64,000 nt of DNA from Planctomycetota bacterium (GTDB lineage Bacteria > Planctomycetota > PLA2 > JAEUHO01). The position numbers and the translations under genes were made by a program. The notes beneath the pieces were generated by a model. That model was given only the letters and a program-made list of their open reading frames with translations, ran no database searches and was not told where the DNA came from. The stretch is taken from positions 64,001-128,000 of the forward strand of contig CBDCWP010000034.1 in NCBI GenBank assembly GCA_965223505.1. The letters run 5' to 3'. Shown piece by piece: positions 19,615 to 28,200 of this stretch. Numbering within the stretch: position 1 is the stretch's first letter; every line of letters begins with the position of its first letter.

Positions 19615-19700
19615 GGTGGGATACTCAAGTGGTCAACGAGGGCAGACTGTAAATCTGCTGGCTTACGCCTACGGGGGTTCGAGTCCCTCTCCCACCACCA
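19615..19700 (+). tRNA. tRNA-Tyr(GTA)
   Basis: GGTGGGA/TCCCACC acceptor stem, GCAGA-CT-GTA-AA-TCTGC anticodon arm, long variable arm, GGTTCGAGT, encoded CCA; TTGACA at 19545-19550 upstream. Confidence 0.96.
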
Positions 19701-19711
19701 TTCTTCTCCAG

Positions 19712-19742
19712 GCCCGGTCGTCATACCGTACCGGGTTTTTTT
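19712..19742 (+). terminator. Rho-independent terminator after tRNA-Tyr (overlaps repeat copy L1)
   Basis: CCCGGT...ACCGGG stem followed by T7. Confidence 0.6.
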
Positions 19743-19816
19743 CGACGGCTTCGCAGAACCCCGGCGATTGATGCGCTTCCCCCCGTGAGGAGACCGGTGG
19801 ATTGACCTGGGCGACT

Positions 19817-20116
19817 TCAGGGCCTCGCGTCATCTCTGTGCGTTGCCTCCCGCCGGTGCTTGCGCATGGCGCCTAGGCACTCCCGCACTTCCTTGATCTC
19901 CGCAATGAACAGCGACACCCAGATGCCTGCGGCGAGTAGCAGGAGCAAGATCATGTCGAGGTCCAGGTCCTGGAGGTGCCCAGGAAGAGTCAGGATGGCC
20001 CCAACCAGCCCCGCGAGAAGAACGATGCCGCCAAAGAAAACGTGCCCGATCAGGTGAAGCAGCGGTCGAGCCGGAGGGCACTTGCTCCAGTACGGGTTGA
20101 AGGGACGCAAGTCCAT
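19817..20116 (-). CDS. Hypothetical two-TM protein
   Basis: 99-aa ORF with two hydrophobic helices; atypical codon usage. Confidence 0.5.
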   Translation of the reverse strand: MDLRPFNPYWSKCPPARPLLHLIGHVFFGGIVLLAGLVGAILTLPGHLQDLDLDMILLLLLAAGIWVSLFIAEIKEVRECLGAMRKHRREATHRDDARP

Positions 20117-20130
20117 TGGGAGAGTCTACC

Positions 20131-20988
20131 TTGAGTGACAGCGCGCCGTGCGGGAGCCGGGCTCTAGTGACCACAGCGCGCCATCTGAGTAACCTCGCGT
20201 ACATGTGCGGAGACTCCGTCAAGCCTGATCGCGGACCGGTCCCGGCGACGATTTCGTTTTCGCTGACGCAACAGGCTGCCGCCGACCTGGCCACGACTGT
20301 CGATCTTCTGTCAGGCATCTGGTCCACACTCCAGACAAGCGGCCTCGTCCTCGCGCGTCCGGCTGAGTTCTGGCGACCAAGGGGTACGAACGATCAGTTG
20401 CTCCTGCACGTACTGTTTTGCAGCAGCTCCATGGCCGGCTCCTGGCTGCAGAACCCGGATGTCACCGCAGCTCATGGCGAGTCCATGAGCGCGTTGCTGG
20501 TTCGCCCGCCTGAGACCCGTTGTTACGCCGACTTGTTTCGAGGTGAACACCTCATCTGCACCTGCACCGCGTCGAACGGGTACATCGTCGAAGGAGGCGA
20601 TCCCGATTCGCTTTCGCCGGTGATCTGCCTGCAGTGCGATGGTCGCTTGCTAGATACCTCCCCCGAGTCGGGCGCCACGGTTGATGAATGGGCTAGCGCC
20701 TACACGCGTGTTCAGAGGATCTGGTTCGAGGGAGTGGTACTCGATTCTTGGAGCGCAGAACAGCTCTCGAACCCCAAAGGGGAGCTGATCCAGTTGGGCC
20801 TTGCGGCCTGCGCAGGCCTAGAAGCGAGACTGACTGCTCCCGTGTACCTGCGGATCCGGCAGTGGTGCTCAGAGACAGGTGACCTGCTGGCGACCGTTCA
20901 GTGCCCGCTCTGCGGTTCGTCTGGCGAGCAACTAGCTGATCGGCGGGCACTCCTGGTGTGTCGCGAGTGCCGCTTGGCGTTCGAGTAG
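20131..20988 (+). CDS. DUF2310-like Zn-ribbon-containing protein
   Basis: Cys pattern CxC...SPVIC..C...W...Y......W......SW...QLS...G.L...G...C..LE....PVY...CPLCG...CRECR resembles DUF2310 as recalled; start uncertain. Confidence 0.6.
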   Translation: MSDSAPCGSRALVTTARHLSNLAYMCGDSVKPDRGPVPATISFSLTQQAAADLATTVDLLSGIWSTLQTSGLVLARPAEFWRPRGTNDQLLLHVLFCSSSMAGSWLQNPDVTAAHGESMSALLVRPPETRCYADLFRGEHLICTCTASNGYIVEGGDPDSLSPVICLQCDGRLLDTSPESGATVDEWASAYTRVQRIWFEGVVLDSWSAEQLSNPKGELIQLGLAACAGLEARLTAPVYLRIRQWCSETGDLLATVQCPLCGSSGEQLADRRALLVCRECRLAFE

Positions 20989-21115
20989 CCTACAACAGGA
21001 AACGTGACTGCTAGACCGTACCTCGTTTCTTTCGAGGTCATACCGTACCGGGTTTTTTCCGACGGCTTCGCAGGCGACTGAGAGGCCCGAAAAGAAACCC
21101 GGTACCGCATGAGCG

Positions 21116-21652
21116 TCATCGATCGTCGGGCGGACGCAGATCCTCGAAGAGATCCTCGGGCAGCAGCTCCAGCTGCGGAACGACGTCGGATTGCAGGGGG
21201 TCCGATCCGCGGAAGAACCGCGTTCCCGTCGGCGTTCGAACCTCGACCACGCCCTGCTCCGCGTCCACCAACCAGACCTCTTCGACGCCTGCGTCCAACA
21301 GGATCGGGGTCTTGACGGCACGGTCCCTTCGACGCGTCCCCGGCGAAAGGACCTCGATCGCGACGCACGGAATGCCGACGTTCGTCGCCGTCAAGGCCGG
21401 CGGCTTGCGCAGCACCACGATGTCCGGCTGGAACACGTTGTAGTCGTCGATCTCGACATCCGTCGGTGACAGCACGACCAGCCGCGAGTTCACCACCCCG
21501 CACAAGGACAGATAGAGCCGTCCGACCAGACCCTGATGGCCGTACGTCGGCGGCGGCTCCTTCACCAGGTGACCGTCGATGAGCTGTGCCGGGAACCCCT
21601 CGGGCAAGCGCGCCCAGTCCTTGCGTGTGAAACCGATCGTCATTGCGTGCAC
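21116..21652 (-). CDS. Uma2 family (PD-(D/E)XK) putative endonuclease
   Basis: QLIDGHLVKEPPP...HQ, FQPDIVV, IEVLSPGT...DR..K...L..GV.EVWLVD. Confidence 0.9.
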   Translation of the reverse strand: MHAMTIGFTRKDWARLPEGFPAQLIDGHLVKEPPPTYGHQGLVGRLYLSLCGVVNSRLVVLSPTDVEIDDYNVFQPDIVVLRKPPALTATNVGIPCVAIEVLSPGTRRRDRAVKTPILLDAGVEEVWLVDAEQGVVEVRTPTGTRFFRGSDPLQSDVVPQLELLPEDLFEDLRPPDDR

Positions 21653-21952
21653 GCGATGATATCGCCTCGCATCGCCGCAGGGTTACACGCGTACTCGCCA
21701 CGTGCCGGACATCTCCACGGCTTCGTAGCCGCGGGTGGGGGCGACGGAACGCCGCCGGATGGCGTGGTGAAGCCGAAAGAAAAAACCCGGTACCGTATGA
21801 GTGGGGAACCTGCGGCGCGTCTCGTGCGTCCTCCCTCACCTGGAGCCGATGACGTGCGCCGCGATTCCAACCTCTTCCCGTTGCCTCGCTGACCTCCCAC
21901 CCGGAGCTCGCGCAACCCCTGCAGCCACGAACACCCGAGGAAGAGGTGTGCC

Positions 21953-22270
21953 ATGACCCAGAAGGACAAGAACCGATTCGAACAGACCCGGCCCGACGCG
22001 CCGGACACGCCCCACCTGTGCGCGGGCTGCCGCCACGGCCTCGTGATGCTGCACAAGTTCCAGACCTGCGACGAGGAGTCCACCTGCTGGAAGACCGACA
22101 AGTTCCGCTGGCAGTGGACCGCCCGCTGCAACAACCCCCGCATCGCCGGCGCCGAACCCGAGTTCTTCTGGGCGCCGATCGTCGACTGCGAGGGCTACGA
22201 GGCCCGCAAGTCCCCGTCCGGCAAGAAGAACCGCAAGAAGCACAAGAAGAAGAAGAGCAAGTCGAAGTAG
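21953..22270 (+). CDS. Small Cys-rich protein with Lys-rich C-terminal tail
   Basis: Strong GC3 bias, purine-rich RBS; CAGC...C...C...C...C; KKNRKKHKKKKSKSK tail. Confidence 0.7.
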   Translation: MTQKDKNRFEQTRPDAPDTPHLCAGCRHGLVMLHKFQTCDEESTCWKTDKFRWQWTARCNNPRIAGAEPEFFWAPIVDCEGYEARKSPSGKKNRKKHKKKKSKSK

Positions 22271-22397
22271 TGGCGTGATCGCCGACGTTGGTCCCGAAAG
22301 CGACTGAAACAACCTCCGGCATGCGATCGAGCGGTCGAGTGGCGCGCCTCTGGACGGTCGCGTAGACTCCCCGCCTTGTGACCACGGGAGGCAGCAG

Positions 22398-23441
22398 ATG
22401 AGCGCAGGCCCCAACCCGTTCGAGTGGCTCGGCGCGCCGGACGAGATCGGTGAGACGATCGAGCTCGCGAAGCGTGACGTGATCATTCGCCAGGGCGAGC
22501 ACTCGGACTGCCTGTACCTGGTCCCGGCCCCCGCCCTGACCGTCTGGCTGGACTCCAAGTCCGGTCGCGCGCGGCTCGGCGACAAGGGGGTCGGCGATTG
22601 GGTCGGCGAGCTCGGGCTCGGCCTTCCGGGGCCTGCGACCGCGACAGTGGAGGCAGCTTGCGACACCCGAGTTGTGGCGCTATCGCGAGAGACGTACCTG
22701 GATCGGCTCGAGCGCAACGACCCAATGATCGGAAGGCTGCTGACGGGCATCTGCTGCGATCTCGCTCGCCGCATTCGGAGCACGAGCGAGGCGAGGATCG
22801 AGCGCGATGCCGCGAGCATCGAGCTGGTGGCGAGCCTGAAGGCGATGCAGGGCGTCGAGCGGCGTCAGGTGCCCGTGGACTGGATCCCCGCGTCGGCGAA
22901 GGGCAATACGATTCGCGACACCCCCGCGAGCATTCTCGACGACCTCGAGAGTGCGGGTGTCTTCGCGACGGAAGGCGGGCAGGCGGCGCGCATTGCCGGC
23001 GCCCTGCGAGCGGACCTGGAACAGCTGGCGCCGACGTTGGGACTTCAAGAACATTCGGCCGGCGACGTCATCGTCGCTGAAGGCGCGCCGGCGGACGGAT
23101 TGTTCCTGTTGTTGCGGGGGACCGTGCGTGTCCAGGCGGGCGCTCCGAGTGCGTGGTTCCACGTCGATCGCGAGCTGGGGCCCGGATCGACGTTCGGCCA
23201 GATCGCGTTCTTCGACGACGGCACTCGCAGCGCCACGTGCACCGCGAGCAGCGATGTCCGTCTGGCGGTCATCTATCCGGCGGCGGTCAAGATGCTGCTC
23301 GACACGGGAGAACAGGGCAGTCCGATGGGGCTGCACTTCCTGGACTGGTGCGCGCGGCAGCTGATCACCGACGCACGTGAGCTGACGACGCAGCTGGGGC
23401 GGCGGCTCATCGAGGCGCCGCCGGACGGCTTCCTCGAGTAG
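22398..23441 (+). CDS. Tandem cyclic-nucleotide-binding (2x cNMP) domain protein, no HTH
   Basis: IIRQGEHSDCLY...GDWVGEL...ATATVEA and IVAEGAPADGLFLLLRG...GSTFGQIAFFDDGTRSATCTA; GGAGG RBS. Confidence 0.85.
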   Translation: MSAGPNPFEWLGAPDEIGETIELAKRDVIIRQGEHSDCLYLVPAPALTVWLDSKSGRARLGDKGVGDWVGELGLGLPGPATATVEAACDTRVVALSRETYLDRLERNDPMIGRLLTGICCDLARRIRSTSEARIERDAASIELVASLKAMQGVERRQVPVDWIPASAKGNTIRDTPASILDDLESAGVFATEGGQAARIAGALRADLEQLAPTLGLQEHSAGDVIVAEGAPADGLFLLLRGTVRVQAGAPSAWFHVDRELGPGSTFGQIAFFDDGTRSATCTASSDVRLAVIYPAAVKMLLDTGEQGSPMGLHFLDWCARQLITDARELTTQLGRRLIEAPPDGFLE

Positions 23442-23493
23442 ATTCGGAGTTCGATCTGTCTTCCCAGGCGGCATTGCCCGTATCTTTAGGCCC

Positions 23494-25206
23494 GTGACAG
23501 AGACTCGTTGGCTGTTGGTGGTGTTGCGAGCCCTTCCGGCGGTGTTGTTCTGCGTTGCCGGTGCGGCTGTGGGCACGGCGCGGGCCGAAGTCAGTCTCAA
23601 GAACGGGAACTTCTTCGTTGGCTACACGGATGTGCTGTTCGAGGGCGGCATCCAGCCCAAGATCGAGCGGGTCTACAACTCCAAGTCGCCGTACCACACA
23701 GGGATTTTCGGATGGGGTTGGGGAACCGAGTATGAGGTCAACCTCGAGCAGCGGCCTGACGGAACCGTCGTCGTCAACGAGTTCGGGGGTGGCGCGGAGA
23801 ACCGATTTTTTCCCGAAGACTTTGATGAAAACGCTTCTGAGGAAGCGGTCGACCTGCTGATAGGGGCGGCCCGACTTGCCGGCATTATCGCCGATGATAG
23901 AAACGAGACCCACTACCGGACGCTGCTGGGCTCGGATCCGAGTCGCGCCGGCAACTTCTATTCGAAGCTTGTCGCAAAAGACCTTCTTCCAAGTCTTGCT
24001 ACACCGTTGGGGGCTCGATTACACAGTAACCGATTCGGAAAGCAGACGCTGACCCGGGTGCGCGGCGGTTGGCGACGCGCACACGCGGACGGCCGCGCAG
24101 ACGACTTCGACGAGGACGGTCGGTTGATACGGATCGTCGATGCACACGGGAACTGGATGATCCTCACGCACGACGCCGCCGGACGAATCAGAAGCATCGA
24201 GGACAGTCTTGGTCGAAGAATGTGGTTCCACGTAAGCGACGCTGGGTTGGTTGAACGGATCGAGACCCACGACGGGAAGATCGCTCGGTATGAATACAAT
24301 CACCTGAGAGAGTTGACGTACAGCAAGGACGTCGCCGGGAATGAATACCGATATGAATACTCGAGCGACAGGCGACACAACCTGACTCGCATTTCGTACG
24401 GCGATGGAACACACAGGGATGTCGAGTACTACGGTCGCGATCAGAAGGAGAATGTGAAGCTGGTTCGGGATCGAGACGAGTCGACGACGAGCTATCGATA
24501 CGAGAAGGAGTCAACTGACAATGGATACGTCTTGACGAGATTTCTACGTTCGAGACTCAAGGGTGGCAGAGAAATCGACGCGACACGCTACGTCTACGAG
24601 TACCGCTCGGACCCGACGAAGGGGAGCACGTACCTCCACCGCGAAGAAGTTTCATCGGAGTGGTTCCACCAAGAGACCGTCTATCACCCCCAATTCGGAC
24701 TGCCGCTGCGCAGGGTCGAGGCTGGTGAAACAACAGATTTTGCGTACGACGACAGGGGCAGGATCGTCTCGATGACGACAGCCAAAGAACGGAAGACGCT
24801 TGCGTACCATCCGAGTTTCGACAAGGTCGTTCGGGTGGAGGTGACCACCGAGGTCGGCGTGAATTGGTCTGAGTTCGAATACGACGGCCGGGCGAACCTG
24901 AGAGTTGCGCGAAACTCGGACGGAGCCTGGGTCGAGCTGGAGCATGACGAGCGAGGGCGCGTCCGGAGGATCAACGAGAAGACCGACGAGGCCGAGGCCG
25001 AGAGCATCACCTTCACGTACGACCATCGCTCGAGACCCGTCTTCATCGAGAGCAAAGTGGGCATCATCGAGGTCACGTGGGGCCGCGACGGAGGAACCGA
25101 GGGCGTTCGATCGACGGCCGGGCGCGATGTATCGCTCGCCGTCTACGCGGCCTTCGCCCGACTGCAGGCCATCATTCGTCCAGCGGGCGTGACTCTCGGA
25201 ATGTAA
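23494..25206 (+). CDS. Secreted YD/RHS-repeat protein with DUF6531-like N-terminus and no toxin domain
   Basis: Signal peptide ending ARA-EV; NGNF..., ERVYNS...GIFGWGW; YD repeats (YDDRGRI, YDGRANL, HDERGRV); no PxxxxDPxG motif. Confidence 0.85.
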   Translation: MTETRWLLVVLRALPAVLFCVAGAAVGTARAEVSLKNGNFFVGYTDVLFEGGIQPKIERVYNSKSPYHTGIFGWGWGTEYEVNLEQRPDGTVVVNEFGGGAENRFFPEDFDENASEEAVDLLIGAARLAGIIADDRNETHYRTLLGSDPSRAGNFYSKLVAKDLLPSLATPLGARLHSNRFGKQTLTRVRGGWRRAHADGRADDFDEDGRLIRIVDAHGNWMILTHDAAGRIRSIEDSLGRRMWFHVSDAGLVERIETHDGKIARYEYNHLRELTYSKDVAGNEYRYEYSSDRRHNLTRISYGDGTHRDVEYYGRDQKENVKLVRDRDESTTSYRYEKESTDNGYVLTRFLRSRLKGGREIDATRYVYEYRSDPTKGSTYLHREEVSSEWFHQETVYHPQFGLPLRRVEAGETTDFAYDDRGRIVSMTTAKERKTLAYHPSFDKVVRVEVTTEVGVNWSEFEYDGRANLRVARNSDGAWVELEHDERGRVRRINEKTDEAEAESITFTYDHRSRPVFIESKVGIIEVTWGRDGGTEGVRSTAGRDVSLAVYAAFARLQAIIRPAGVTLGM

Positions 25207-25209
25207 CCG

Positions 25210-28200
25210 TCATCGGCGTGGTCGAGTCCACAAGACACCATCTCGGACCCGGTGTGGACTCAATCGCTCTACCTGATCCGTGAGGGTGGGGGGCGCGTCG
25301 TGCGCGCTCAGGTCGCGTAGCACCAGGACGGGTCTTCCACGCCCGCCGAGAAGGTATCTGCCGCCCGAGCTCAGTGCGATCATGTCGCCTCCGGCATCGA
25401 ACGCTGCTCGTCCGAGCTGCCTTCCGGTCTCCTTGTGCCAGAACTCGGCTGATCGCCAGGAATTCACTGTGACGACGATGGAACTCGACGGGCCTCGTCC
25501 GGGCAGAATCCGGCGTATCCCCGTCGCGCCGTCCAAGCGTTTGATCGTGCCTTCGGTTACGTCGGCCATCCACGCGCTTCCGTCCCGGCAACACAACACG
25601 AGGCGCGCCCCGTCGAACGCGAGGTCGATGACGTCGTCGCGGGGCCCATAGAGTGTCGTCGCATCGGTCCCTCCCTGCCTCACGAGGTGGGTCGTACGCC
25701 CGGTGGCGGCCGCGACGAGCCCGTCACGAGCGCGAACGGCGATGCAGCCGACAGGTTCGGCACCAGTGCCCACCTGCGCGCTATTCACGACTTCGCCGTT
25801 GCGAGCGTTCCATGTTCGTATGGTCCCGTCCCTGTGGCCGGTCAACAGGTGATTGACGTCTCCCCACGCCCAGGTACGGCACGTCGTCAGGTCCGTGTGC
25901 AACGAAATGGGCGCGCCGTCATCCGTGTCGTAGAGCCGGGGCAGCTCGAAGCCGCGTCCAAGTGCGACGACCGTGCCGTCGCCGTTGAAGACGGCGTCGT
26001 CGGGGGCGCCTCCGGACCAATCCAAACTGCCGATGTTCGTTCCGTCCGCGGCGCGCCACAAAGCAGGCGTTCCGCTCGAGTCAACGGTGACTACGCGCGT
26101 GCGCTCCGGGCCGATCGCGCCGTCCACCAACGCTGCCTCCCCGATGGCGAGCGTCACGCTCGATCGTCGCCGGCCGTCAATGGTGCTCCAGACGTCGATT
26201 CCGCCCCGAGCGTCCAGTGTCATTACGGTCTCGTCCGAATCGTCGGAGGCGGCGTGGATGAGCCGCTCCTTCGTCGAAATCACACGGGTGCGGGCCGCGG
26301 CGCCATCGAGGCGATACACGCGTGTCGATCCGCTTCCGCTTCCGACGGCGAGACGCGTCGCGTCGGGAGAGAGTTCGGCCCACGTCCACGGGTCTTGACC
26401 CTTGGAATTCAGAAAATCGGCGACGAGACGACCCGTCGCCAGCTCCCAAACGGCGGTGTCGCCATCGCCGCTGGTCGTCACGAGCTTGCCGTCGGCGCTC
26501 ATGTCGACGTTGTTCAGCGGCGACCAAATGTGGGGCAGCGAATGAGTGAGCGTCCACGACTCGGTCGCCCAGACGCGAACTGTCGCATCGGGATCCGTCA
26601 GCGTTGCCGTGAGCAAGCGCGTCCCATCGGGCGAAAACAAGACGATGTCCACCGGCCCTCCATGCCCATCGAGCCTCGCGACTTGCACGCCAGTTCGGGG
26701 ATCGTAGACACGCGCGGTCTTGTCGGCGCCGCCGCTCGCGAGCCAGCGGCCGCGCGGATCGAACTCCAACCACTCGGGCCGTCCCTCGTGTTCCAACGGC
26801 GCTTGCTCGCCAGTCTCCAGATTCCAGACAACGAGCTGATCATTGGTGCCGCCGGCGACGCTGGTCCCGTCCGCACTGAATGCCGCGCTCCGCGCCAAGC
26901 CGCGCAAGCCTTCGAGCGTGTGCAGCGCGGAGCCCGTCGCGGCATCCCACACCATGACCGAGTTTGCGGGTCCACGAGTGACGAGTTGCCGTGAGTCCGG
27001 GGAGAAACGAAAGAACCCCGCACTCGAATGGCCGCAGTTGATCACGGCGGGCTTTGTTGGGTGGGCGAGATCCCAGATGCACACTTCGCTGCCCGAGCCG
27101 CCGACCGCTAGGCGACGCCCGTCCTTGCTGATCTCACCGAGGTACAGGATGCGACCAGGAGCCTCGAGGTCGTGGAGGAGGTCGCCCTTCCTCGTGTCCC
27201 AGATCTTCGCGTGTCCATCGAATCCCAGGGTGACGATGCGCTTGGCGTCCGGCGACCAATGAACCGAGTTCGTTCGCGCAGCGTGCCCGTCGAGGAGGAG
27301 CCGGCCTGAGCTCCAATTGTGGCCGCACTCCGCTAGAAGGAAGGGAATGGCACCATCAAACTGCTCCAGACGAAGCGCCTCGGCGAGGCAAGTCAAGGCG
27401 CGCGCGTCATCGTTTCTCGAGACGAGCGCGCGGCGACCCCGCTCCACCCAAAGGGGCCCCGGGTCCACTGCCTCCAGCATCGCGATCGCTTGGGCCAGGT
27501 TCGGATCCGGAGCCCGGGACTTGCCACGGCCCGTGCCCCACGGTACGGCCTTCAATACCCGGTCGGAAATCTGCGTTGAGTCGAGACGCCGGGCGACTCG
27601 CCAGGCGCGGACGAACCCGTCCTCGCTGGCGGTCAGGAGGCGCAATTCGTCGCTCGCCCCGCAGAAACACAGCGAAACGACGGCGCCGCCGTGCTCGAAG
27701 ACCGCCAGGGGCTGTCCGGACGTTGCATCCCAGATTCTCGCCGTCGCGTCGCGCCCGGCGGTGGCGATCAGCCGATCGTCCGGACTGAACGTGAGGGCGA
27801 GAACGTCTCCATCGTGCCCCTCTGCTTGCGCGATCGGTTCGAGTGTGGCCCCGCTCCACACGTTCGCGATGCCGTCGGCGCCGCCGGACACGAGCCGAGA
27901 TCCGGACGTCGAGAACGCCACGCAACGAATCGTCCCCGAGTGCGCGCTACGATTCCACCTCGTGCGTTGACTGAACCACGAGTGCCACAGGGAGAGACTG
28001 CCGTCCGATCCGGCCGTTGCGACCTGGTTCCCGTCGGGTGAGAAGCAACCGCAGCTCGCCTTGCCGAAGTCGCCTCGGTGTTTGCCGTCGTCCGCATACC
28101 AGAGGTTCCCGGCATCACCACACGTCAGGATGCGCGACAGGTCGCTGTTGATCGCGACGTGAGCTGCGGGTTCGCTTGGCCCCTCCGACCTCGCCAACTC

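Larger units (their letters stand above)
19720..21800. repeat. Family of TCATAC(C/G)GTACCGGGTTTTTT repeats: direct copies at 19720-19756 and 21037-21073, inverted copies at 21089-21112 and 21769-21800, degenerate copy at 21012-21034
   Basis: The two direct copies match at 36/37 nt (GTCATACCGTACCGGGTTTTTT(T/C)CGACGGCTTCGCAG). The inverted copies read TCATGCGGTACCGGGTTTCTTTTC and TCATACGGTACCGGGTTTTTTCTTTCGGCTTC on the minus strand. Confidence 0.9.

Noticed and set aside
20986..21113. Integron attC site after the DUF2310-like gene
   Set aside because: CCTACAAC follows the stop, but no complementary GTTRRRY end with attC L/R box geometry could be identified, and there is no intI.
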